Shown one piece after another: positions 19,517 to 28,398 of a stretch of 64,000 nucleotides of DNA. How positions within the stretch are numbered: position 1 is the first letter of the stretch; every line of letters begins with the position of its first letter. The translations under genes were made by a program, and so were the position numbers. Origin of the DNA: Phycisphaerae bacterium. GTDB lineage: Bacteria; Planctomycetota; Phycisphaerae; UBA1845. The notes under the pieces were generated by a model. It saw only the letters and a program-made list of their open reading frames with translations. It ran no database searches and was not told the DNA's origin. The stretch is taken from assembly GCA_963666835.2 (NCBI GenBank), contig CAXXGO010000003.1, positions 640,001 through 704,000 on the forward strand, read 5' to 3'.

Positions 19517-22500
19517 CTACTGGCGCGGGCGAACCGGCTTGATCCTCTTGGCCGGCGTTACATTCTCGATCAGCACTGCCTGTTCCAGCATGATGTCCTG
19601 GAACCTATCGGGCAGCTCGATATTGCGGCCTTGGCTGAACAACGCCATGTCGGCAACATCAAGGACCCCGTTCCCGTCAAGATCCGCCGCGACTGCGGCC
19701 GCCATACCGATATTCTCGGCAACCTCCTCGACGGTGGCGCTGGCCCTGCCCTTTCTCGTAACGCGCGGCTGTCTGACGGACGAGATAGTGACCTCCCCGT
19801 CATGCACCAGAGCCGGCTTCGTTGAACCACTCACACCGTCGACTCCGTCCACTGTGTAGGCAAGTGCCGGACAGCACTCATCCACATTGTCCCCGAACTT
19901 CAGGAAGTTGAACAGGATGCAGAGGAAGTCGCTCGTGGTTACCTGGTCGTCGCAGTCGAAGTTGGCGTCATAGGGGCCCGACCATGGAGGCGACAAATCC
20001 GCCCCCGAACACGCGCCGGCAACCGGCCCCCACCAATTCATATACTGCGTAAACAGGATCGCGTAGTCGTTGATGTCGACCACGTTATCGTTGTTGACGT
20101 CCCCGCACAGCAAGCGGTCGTTCCTGACAATCTCCGCGGTGAACTGTCCGTCCACTACTGCCAGAGAGACGGTCGAGGCCAGTGTATGAAGTTCATCCTT
20201 GGCATTGATGAAACGCCACGAACCGTACGGCACATTATGGATGGTGAAATCGGCCAGCCCGTTAACGAAATCAAGCTGTTCCTCGAAGGTGAACTCGACT
20301 CCGGCTCCCTCGCACGGGTCACAACTACGGAGCACGAAACTGATGCAACGCCTGGGCTCGCACTCGCCGCTCAGGTTAGTCGCTTCCGACCTGATCGTCA
20401 GATCCAGAGTGTACAGCTCGTCATCCGTAACCTCCACGGTCTGACTGCAGCAGGCTTCATTGGGCGGATTAGCATCGTCCTTAGCACACCACGTCAGGGT
20501 GGTCGTACCCACAGGATAGGAGTCACTCCAGCAATCCTCGCCATCGTCCCGCGTGCACGAAACCGTGCAGACGCCGCAATTATCCGTACAAGTTGCCATG
20601 CCCGGATCGACCGTAGCAAAGCACTCGCCCGGATCGGCCCTTTGCGTCACATCCGGCGGACACATCGGCACCGGCGGTTCGTCGTCGGTTATCGTAACCG
20701 TCTGCTCACAACCAGCAGAGTTCCCGGCAGGATCCGTGGCCGTCCAGGTTAGCGTAGTCACCCCGACAGGATATGGATCATCCGGATCCTCTCCGCAATA
20801 CCCGCCGTCGCTGCGTACGCACGTTACCGTACACTCGCAATTATCCTCGCACGTCGCCATACTCGCATCGACCGTGGCGAAGCACTCGCCCGGATCAGCC
20901 GTATGATCCACGTCCGGCGAACAGGTGATTCTCGGAGGCTCGTCGTCGGTTATCGTAACCGTCTGCTCACAACTAGCAGAGTTTCCGGAAGGATCGGTGG
21001 CCGTCCAGGTTAGCGTTGTCACCCCGACAGGATACGGATCATCCGGATCCTCTCCGCAATACCCACCGTCGCTACGTACGCACGTTACCGTACACTTGCA
21101 GTTATCCTCGCACGTGGCCATGCCCGCATCGACCGTGGCGTAGCACTCGCCCGGATCAGCCGTGTGCTCCACATCCGGCGGACAGGTAATTGTCGGAGGT
21201 TCGTCGTCGGTTATCGTAACCGTCTGCTCACAACTAGCTGAGTTTCCGGCAGGATCGGTGGCCGTCCAGGTTAACGTAGTCACCCCGACCGGATACGGAT
21301 CATCCGGACCCTCTCCGCAGTACCCGCCGTCGTCACGCATACAGGTTAGCCAACACTCGCCGCAGTTATCCTCGCACGTCGCCATGCCCGCATCGACCGT
21401 GGCGTAGCACTCGCCCGGATCAGCCGTATGATCCACGTCCGGCGGACAGGTGATTCTCGGAGGCTCGTCGTCGGTTATCGTAACCGTCTGCTCACAACTA
21501 GCAGAGTTTCCGGAAGGATCGGTGGCCGTCCAGGTTAGCGTAGTCACCCCGACAGGATACGGATCATCCGGACCCTCTCCACACTTCCCGCCGTCGTCAC
21601 GCACGCACGTCACCGTACACTCGCAGTTGTCTTCGCACGTCGCCATGGCCGCATCGACCGTAGCGTAGCACTCGCCCGGATCAGCCGTATGATCCACGTC
21701 CGGCGGACAGATGATTCTCGGAGGTTCGTCATCGGTCACCGTAACCGCCTGCTCGCAACTAGCCGAGTTTCCGGACGGATCGGTGGCCGTCCAGGTCAGC
21801 GTGGTCACCCCGACACGATACGGATCATCCGAACCCTCTCCGCACTGCCCACCGTCGCTGCGTACGCAGCTCACCGTGCATTTACAGTTATCCTCACACG
21901 TGGCCATGCCGGGGTCGATCTTCGCAAAACACTCGCCCGGATCAGCCGTTTGGGTCACATCCGGCGGACAGATGATTCTCGGATTCTCGTCGTCGGTTAT
22001 CGTGACCGTCTGCTCACAACTAGCCGAGTTCTCAGACGAATCGGTGGCCGTCCAGGTTAGCGTTGTCACACCTACGTCATAGGGATCGTCCGGCCCCTCT
22101 CCACAGTACCCGCCGTCGCTGCGCACGCAGCTTACCGTGCATTCATTACAGTTATCCTCGCACGTGGCCATGCCCGCATCGACCCTGGCGAAGCACTCGC
22201 CCGGATCAGCCGTATGAGTTACATCCTCCGGACAATGCGGCACCGGGGGCTCGTCATCGGTTACCGTCACCGTATACGAGCAGGAGGCCGAGTTCGCGGA
22301 AGGATCCGTCGCCGTACATCTAATCGTGGTAACACCTACCGGGTATGGATCATCCAAATCCTTCCCATCGTCACGCACGCAGGTTACGTCACACTCGCAG
22401 TTGTCCTCGCACGTTGCCGTGCCGGGACCGACTACCGCTGAGCACTCGCCCGGATCAGCCGTTTGCGTTATATCATCATCCGGACAATGCGGCACCGGAG

Positions 22501-25500
22501 GTTCGTCATCGGTCACCGTCACCGTATACGAGCAAGACGCCGAGTTCTCGGAAGGATCCGTCGCCGTACATCTAATCATGGTAACACCTACCGGATATGG
22601 ATCATCCAAATCCTCCCCATCGTCACGCACGCAGGTTACGTCACACTCGCAGTTGTCCTCGCACGTTGCCGTGCCGGGATCAACTACCGCTGAGCACTCG
22701 CCCGGATCAGCCGTTTGCGTTATATCATCCGGACAATACGGCACCGGGGGTTCGTCATCGGTTACCGTCACCGTATACGAGCAAGACGCCGAGTTCCCGG
22801 GAGGATCCGTCGCCGTACAGGTAATCGTGGTAACACCTACCGGATACGGATCATCCAAATCCTCCCCATCGTCACGCACGCAGGTTACCGAACACTCGTC
22901 GCAGTTGTCCCTACAAGTTGGCGTGCCGGGATCAATCGTAGCGAAGCACTCGTCCGGATCAGCCGTTTGCGTGACGTCATCTGGACAATCGGGCACCGGG
23001 GGCTCGTCATCGGTCACCGTCACCGTCTGCTCACAACTAGCCGAGTTCCCAGACGGATCGGTAGCCGTCCAGGTTAGCGTGGTCAGACCGACCGGATACG
23101 CATCGCTCCAGCAGTCCAACCCGTCAACCCGGGCACACGTCACGGTGCATTCGCCACAGTTGTCCACACACGTTGCCATGCCCGGATCGACCACTGCTCC
23201 ACACGCACCGGGGTCGTTTGTCGTTGGTACGTCTTCCGGGCACGCGACGCTCGGCGTTTCGGTGTCGACCACAATCACACATTGGATATGCACTGCTTCG
23301 TTGCCCGCACAATCGACAGCCTTCCACTCGATACACGTTGCGTTCGGCCCACATGCGTCGGTACACCAAGCCGGCAGATCATCCGCTGGTTTTACCGGAT
23401 ACGGCGCATCCAGCGATAGGTCATCCGCTCGTATCGGCGGGTATATCTCGCACAATCCGCAACCGTCGCTCTCCGCAGTTTTGGCATCCTCCACCGTACA
23501 CGGCAGCAACCCGACCACTGCACTGCACTCACCGGGATCATTGGGAACAGCCCCAATGTCCGGGCAGTCGAATACCGGCGGCTTGTCGTCCACCGTAATC
23601 GCAATATGGTCGCCCAACTCCGGGTAGTCCGGCGTACCGAGGTAATCCGACAGTTGCGTTGCCGGAACGCTCGTTTCATCGAACTCAATCACACCATCGC
23701 CCTGTCCTCTTAGTGCCGGATCAAGCGGATACGGCACGATCGTCCTGAAGTAGATCGTCGCCATCGTGTGGTCTTCCGCCGAAGGGGTCCCTCCAAGAGG
23801 CAAGCCCACCGCGTAGGCAATCTTGCCCACACAGTCGTTTTCCGTCACCGTCTGGTAGATCTCGTGCGAGAAGGGCGATTCCCCGTCGCCCTCGCACGGC
23901 CCTACGCCGGAACCAGCCCCAGGATCGGGATGATCGCCCGGCGCCATCCCTTTGAACTCCAGCAAGCACGAATCGTACTTCAGGAAGAACTGCCCGCCGA
24001 TCATCGCCTGGCCATCGAGGTTGCTGACCTCGACAGTAACGCACACGTCCTGCTCGCTCTGGAAGCAACCATCCTCGGCATGAAGCACCAGGTCCAGGTT
24101 GCCGCAGTTTTCCGGATCAGACATGCACGTGTCGAAATCCTCGTCGCAGTCTTTCGTGCAGTCGATGCCGTCATCACAAGGCAGCGTGCCTGCCACGCAG
24201 CCCACCGCCGGATCGCACAACTCCTCCCCGTTGCAGAAGAAACCGTCGTCACATGCCGCGTCGTCCGGAACGTGATAGCACGACTCGGTCGCTTCGTCAC
24301 ACCCGTCAATCGTACACGCAATACCGTCGTCGCAGTCGACCGCCTCACCTTCCACGCAACCGGCCTCGGCGTCGCACAACTCCACTCCATCGCAATAGAC
24401 TCCGTCCTGACACAACTCGTGATGCGGGTAATGCTCACATTTGTGCGTCACCTCGTTACATATGTCGCTCGTGCACTCGATACCATCAGCGCAATCGGCA
24501 TCGGCAGCGCACTCGAACAGCACAACCGCAATCGACCGTGTTCCGCCGTCGAGCGACTCGACGATGATAGAGCCCTCGTATTGTGCTGCCGGCGCCGTCG
24601 GGATCGCCACTGACGCTATCACCGCCTGCTCGCCCCCTACCGCCACATCGAAGTCATTCACATCAAAACTTACGCTCGCCCCCGGGATCGTATCATCCGC
24701 CCCAACCAGATCCGTGGCGTACATGCTCACCAAATGCAACATATCGTCATTGCCTAGTTCATGCACGGCGAAGGGCAGCTCTACCACCGTATCCGGCACG
24801 ACCAATGCCTCCACCTGTTCGGGCGTCACCATTAGCACCGGCAAACCCAATAAGTCCTCGTACAGGAGCGTGAGCCCCCCTTCCATCGCGGTTACGGTCA
24901 CGTGCATGCCCAGGTGATCCCCGGGGACAACGTCCCCGGCCCAATTATGGCTCGTCACTACGTCACCGTCTTGAAGCCCGCTAGCCGTAAGCTCAAAGGC
25001 ACCGGCGCTCGTCCCCACAAGCTCGACGCGGTAACTCCCGGCCGCGAGCTGTGGTAGATGGATTGCCTGTCGGATGTCGTCCGGCAGTGGGTAGGCAAAG
25101 GGCACCTCGTTGTCGCCGGCATCCAGCAGTCTGAATGTGCCTCCCGGAATCTCTGACTCCAGCGTGTTCGTCGCATAGTCAACACCCACGTGCCGACCCT
25201 GTCCGTCGTAGATGTGTACGTCAGCGTGGGAAGCCAGGATTAGCGACATGCTTAGATCGGCCCCGGGTGGTAGGGTTCGCGTTTGCAGCGCCATGATGGC
25301 CCAGCACGTGCTCATCTCCGCGCCCATCATGCCTGTATCCGGCCAACTTCCGTCGTCCTGTTGCTCGGTCGCCAGCAAGGCGGACAGCTCCGCAAACCAA
25401 TCATGCACGCCCAATTGCACCTTGTGCGTCATCACCATCGCCTTGGCGAAAGTCACCTTGTAGTAATACTCCGACCAGTACCCCCATCCGTCGTTGTTCG

Positions 25501-27136
25501 TCAGGCTGTAGTTGTCGGTCAACCATTGGATGCCCCCCAGGACTCGGGGATCACCAGATGGTATGTTACACAGCGTGTAGCTCCAGACCGACGCCGCCGT
25601 CATCGTATGAATCGAACCGCCGCCGCTCGGCGTATAGTAGCTGCCACCATCCGCGCGGCGACACCGATCCAGAAAAGTCAGCGCCTTGACGTACGTATCC
25701 GTGGCCTGCAATTCTAGTTCGTTATCGCCCGCCTTGAGACCCATTAACGCCCACTGTGTGTTCGATAAGTCCGGCCTGGTCGAGTTACCGTATCCGAACC
25801 CGCCATAGTACGAATGACTCGGCCCAACACTCCCGTAGAAACAGCTCTCATCCCATTGAGATCCGACGAGCCATGTCCGCATTGCGGCGATCTCATCGTG
25901 GTAATCCGGGTTATGTGTTGCTACGAGGGGTAATATGGCGATCGAAGTATAGTACGTGTACCTATGGCTCTGGTTATGAACACTCCCATCGCCATTAATC
26001 CGCGACAGTACGTACGCCAGCCCCTCCGCTACATCCGGATCATCCTCACCATATCCGGCGTTAAGCATCGACAAGACAGCAAAGGATGTTACTGCCGGAT
26101 CACTGAGCCAGGAACCGTCTGCACCCTGCCACTGGCGGAGGTACGTAATCCCACGCGCGATCGGTCCCTGCGGATAAAGCAAGCGCATTACGTTTATGTC
26201 GCCATCACTCAAATGGTCTCGCTGGCCGATCGGACTGCCTGCGACAATCGTCCGGCCACCATTTGTGCATCTTTCATCGTTGGGGCATCCTCCACAGGTC
26301 GAAAAAGCACATTCCCCATAGTGCATGATAGAGTCATAGTCATAAGGCCCATGAGCCGTAGATGTGGCTACAATTGCAAAATTATGATCACACGAGCCAC
26401 CATCGCAGCAGTCCTGACATATATTATCCCAGTCGACTGTCACAAACGTATCGCGGTCCGTCCTTGACTGCTCATGCCAGATTCCAAGCGCATGGGCTAA
26501 TTCGTGCGCTATCGTAAACTCGCGCCCCCAATTGTGAATTCCGATGTCCTGCCTGCCATTGATCATCCCAACAAAAGACCAATTGCCCGGAGAGTCTACG
26601 ATATGCAAGTAGTCAGCATCGTCGGTGCGTGGACGGAACTCGACGCTCGCAACCGCTTCCCAAGTCGCCATCGCACCAAGCATTGCCGCCTGGTTGTCGG
26701 CGCTGACATTCTCGTCAAACTCGAACGGCACGACGCCGTCAGGCCAAAGACTGGGAGCAAAACAGCCCCGCGCGCCTACGGTTTCAAAGAACTCCTCCGG
26801 AACGACGATATCCCCTTCAACGATCACGCATCCCGGGGGAATACCCCAGCTGTCGTCGCAATCCAGAATGACGTTTGCTGGGTCTGGCGCAGTCGGCAAC
26901 GCCGCGGCCTCGTACAGCTCGTAACCCTCCTCTGGTGCCGGCCCTGTCGGCATGTAGATGCTGTGTGCGTCTTCGGCTGGGCTTGCGTTGTCGTACGAGA
27001 CCTCCTCGACCCCGCTAATCTGCGCAAATACCGGCTGGATCGTCCACATGAGGATGAGACAAACGACGGCCCGCCCCGCCGCCCTGCCCATCCAATGTCC
27101 TTTCGTGCCCATGCTAATCCTCACTGCTCGCCCCAT
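19517..27136 (-). CDS. Giant secreted 2539-aa protein: astacin (M12A) metallopeptidase, prenyltransferase/squalene-oxidase-like repeats, Cys-rich repeats, cohesin-like domain, 12 HYR-like repeats, dockerin-like C-terminus
   Basis: HELAHALGIWHEQSRTDRD and Met-turn SIMHY; QGADGSW, GGFGYG..RPDLSNTQWAL, QQDDGSW; CDDGIACTIDGC repeats; GGQFFLKYDSCLLEF...ATIYF; DDEPP..CP.D...YPVGVTTLTWTATD; GDVNNDNVVDINDY, ADLDGNGVLDVAD. Confidence 0.88.
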   Translation of the reverse strand: MGRAVRISMGTKGHWMGRAAGRAVVCLILMWTIQPVFAQISGVEEVSYDNASPAEDAHSIYMPTGPAPEEGYELYEAAALPTAPDPANVILDCDDSWGIPPGCVIVEGDIVVPEEFFETVGARGCFAPSLWPDGVVPFEFDENVSADNQAAMLGAMATWEAVASVEFRPRTDDADYLHIVDSPGNWSFVGMINGRQDIGIHNWGREFTIAHELAHALGIWHEQSRTDRDTFVTVDWDNICQDCCDGGSCDHNFAIVATSTAHGPYDYDSIMHYGECAFSTCGGCPNDERCTNGGRTIVAGSPIGQRDHLSDGDINVMRLLYPQGPIARGITYLRQWQGADGSWLSDPAVTSFAVLSMLNAGYGEDDPDVAEGLAYVLSRINGDGSVHNQSHRYTYYTSIAILPLVATHNPDYHDEIAAMRTWLVGSQWDESCFYGSVGPSHSYYGGFGYGNSTRPDLSNTQWALMGLKAGDNELELQATDTYVKALTFLDRCRRADGGSYYTPSGGGSIHTMTAASVWSYTLCNIPSGDPRVLGGIQWLTDNYSLTNNDGWGYWSEYYYKVTFAKAMVMTHKVQLGVHDWFAELSALLATEQQDDGSWPDTGMMGAEMSTCWAIMALQTRTLPPGADLSMSLILASHADVHIYDGQGRHVGVDYATNTLESEIPGGTFRLLDAGDNEVPFAYPLPDDIRQAIHLPQLAAGSYRVELVGTSAGAFELTASGLQDGDVVTSHNWAGDVVPGDHLGMHVTVTAMEGGLTLLYEDLLGLPVLMVTPEQVEALVVPDTVVELPFAVHELGNDDMLHLVSMYATDLVGADDTIPGASVSFDVNDFDVAVGGEQAVIASVAIPTAPAAQYEGSIIVESLDGGTRSIAVVLFECAADADCADGIECTSDICNEVTHKCEHYPHHELCQDGVYCDGVELCDAEAGCVEGEAVDCDDGIACTIDGCDEATESCYHVPDDAACDDGFFCNGEELCDPAVGCVAGTLPCDDGIDCTKDCDEDFDTCMSDPENCGNLDLVLHAEDGCFQSEQDVCVTVEVSNLDGQAMIGGQFFLKYDSCLLEFKGMAPGDHPDPGAGSGVGPCEGDGESPFSHEIYQTVTENDCVGKIAYAVGLPLGGTPSAEDHTMATIYFRTIVPYPLDPALRGQGDGVIEFDETSVPATQLSDYLGTPDYPELGDHIAITVDDKPPVFDCPDIGAVPNDPGECSAVVGLLPCTVEDAKTAESDGCGLCEIYPPIRADDLSLDAPYPVKPADDLPAWCTDACGPNATCIEWKAVDCAGNEAVHIQCVIVVDTETPSVACPEDVPTTNDPGACGAVVDPGMATCVDNCGECTVTCARVDGLDCWSDAYPVGLTTLTWTATDPSGNSASCEQTVTVTDDEPPVPDCPDDVTQTADPDECFATIDPGTPTCRDNCDECSVTCVRDDGEDLDDPYPVGVTTITCTATDPPGNSASCSYTVTVTDDEPPVPYCPDDITQTADPGECSAVVDPGTATCEDNCECDVTCVRDDGEDLDDPYPVGVTMIRCTATDPSENSASCSYTVTVTDDEPPVPHCPDDDITQTADPGECSAVVGPGTATCEDNCECDVTCVRDDGKDLDDPYPVGVTTIRCTATDPSANSASCSYTVTVTDDEPPVPHCPEDVTHTADPGECFARVDAGMATCEDNCNECTVSCVRSDGGYCGEGPDDPYDVGVTTLTWTATDSSENSASCEQTVTITDDENPRIICPPDVTQTADPGECFAKIDPGMATCEDNCKCTVSCVRSDGGQCGEGSDDPYRVGVTTLTWTATDPSGNSASCEQAVTVTDDEPPRIICPPDVDHTADPGECYATVDAAMATCEDNCECTVTCVRDDGGKCGEGPDDPYPVGVTTLTWTATDPSGNSASCEQTVTITDDEPPRITCPPDVDHTADPGECYATVDAGMATCEDNCGECWLTCMRDDGGYCGEGPDDPYPVGVTTLTWTATDPAGNSASCEQTVTITDDEPPTITCPPDVEHTADPGECYATVDAGMATCEDNCKCTVTCVRSDGGYCGEDPDDPYPVGVTTLTWTATDPSGNSASCEQTVTITDDEPPRITCSPDVDHTADPGECFATVDASMATCEDNCECTVTCVRSDGGYCGEDPDDPYPVGVTTLTWTATDPAGNSAGCEQTVTITDDEPPVPMCPPDVTQRADPGECFATVDPGMATCTDNCGVCTVSCTRDDGEDCWSDSYPVGTTTLTWCAKDDANPPNEACCSQTVEVTDDELYTLDLTIRSEATNLSGECEPRRCISFVLRSCDPCEGAGVEFTFEEQLDFVNGLADFTIHNVPYGSWRFINAKDELHTLASTVSLAVVDGQFTAEIVRNDRLLCGDVNNDNVVDINDYAILFTQYMNWWGPVAGACSGADLSPPWSGPYDANFDCDDQVTTSDFLCILFNFLKFGDNVDECCPALAYTVDGVDGVSGSTKPALVHDGEVTISSVRQPRVTRKGRASATVEEVAENIGMAAAVAADLDGNGVLDVADMALFSQGRNIELPDRFQDIMLEQAVLIENVTPAKRIKPVRPRQ
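20420..23590 (-). repeat. Tandem array of 12 HYR-like coding repeats (mostly ~250-265 bp each)
   Basis: Recurring gcactcgcccggatcagccgt and cgtaaccgtctgctcacaactagc; protein unit DDEPP-C-ADPGEC-CEDNC-PYPVG-GNSASC. Confidence 0.92.
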
Positions 27137-27265
27137 GTCAAATCCCTCTCAATTGCGTTTTGTCTTGAAAGCGGCACACACTCGTAGCCACGCGGTTGGG
27201 CCGTACCAACTCGGTCTCTCGACCACCACGGGGCCACCCTTCCTCTAATAAGCAGAATCTAGCGC

Positions 27266-27396
27266 TTGACTTTCAGCCTTTGGGACAACTAGGATTGGCG
27301 TGTCGGATAGCGGGCGCAGTCTGCGCTCACTCGACGACACACAGGGGCGGGCCGGTGTAACGTTACCCACGGAGTACCGGCTCGTCCCACCCTTTT
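27266..27396 (+). ncRNA. Candidate structured small RNA with its own promoter
   Basis: TTGACT-N18-TAGGAT, then two hairpins; the 13-bp stem 27344-27356/27376-27388 is fully paired only with G-U wobbles on the + strand; followed by TTTT. Confidence 0.4.
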
Positions 27397-28398
27397 CTAC
27401 GCTCCCGTAATCACACCTCCTGCCGTGCTCCTTTCACTATAACTCGTTAACCCCGAACCGCCCGGGCGAAACGCCATGCAAAACCGATTGGCTCGGCGCT
27501 ACTCGACATAGACACATGCGTCATCGCCCTCTCCGCGGCGCACCGAATATCCACCCACTCCAGAAAACAACGGTAGCCGACCATATCGCGCACAAGAGGC
27601 CTCACCGTTCGCATTCGGATACATGTATCTCGGGCTGATGCCATGGACACAGTTGCGACAGGATAGGCGACTATGCGAATGCGCTCTGAGCTTCGTCATC
27701 TTCCAATGCGTCCGGATCCCATCAAAGAGACTGACGCCACAACAAAACGTGCGATCGTATCGAGGTCGGCGCGACACCGTTGAAACGTCCTTGAAACGAG
27801 ACACCATTCGGGCATCCCGATTCACCAGAACATGCGCAACACACACCGAAGCGGAACGGCAATGGCCTGCTGTCGAGCGACAAAAGACAACCAACCGCAT
27901 CGGACTTCCCGGGATACTAACACTGCCCGATAGGACATGCAAGCACAAATCTTCGACGTTGCAGCAGCACTGCACTGCAAGCAAATCATTCACCGGCGCT
28001 TGACGTCAGTGTGAACTTGGTCATCTCGTAAGCAAACGAGACCGCATTCGCCGGCGCACATGATGCGTAGGCTGCCAAAACAGTCCTTGCAGTTTCGGTG
28101 CGATCGCTTCCGAATACTCTCCTAATGTCGCATCCAATCAGCCACAAAGCCTCCGCATAAGGCATTCACTTCTATGAAACGATCTTGATACTCAGTATCG
28201 CGCGCAGGACTTATGTCACTTCTCAATATCACATCGCCTGGCCTGCGGCCAAACATACATAGCGCCTTCGCCCTCGCGGCGTGCCTGATCCCGCGGTTTG
28301 CGTTTCCGGGCCGTGAGTGAATTCCATAGCGATGCCATACTACTGATTGGAGTGGAGTATTGCGTTCGCTCAGGCCTTCGATACCGGACACAGCTATC

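Noticed and set aside
20420..23590. Regular DNA repeats as a CRISPR array or DGR template/variable repeats
   Set aside because: The units are in-frame coding repeats of ~250-265 bp with no unique spacers; no cas or reverse transcriptase gene is present.
22326..23627. Long antisense ORFs (this one, and e.g. 4007-5227, 10296-11783, 42140-43366)
   Set aside because: They are shadow ORFs opposite well-supported genes, as expected in GC-rich DNA.
25270..26170. Functional squalene-hopene cyclase
   Set aside because: A single barrel inside a secreted protein, with no DXDD motif seen.
28141..28160. c-di-GMP-I riboswitch (gccacaaagcctccg resembles its core)
   Set aside because: The upstream GGCAAA..GAAA stem and the second stem are absent.
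27447..28398. ORFs in the long intergenic region
   Set aside because: No recognisable motifs, signal peptides or RBS, and atypical composition; treated as non-coding.
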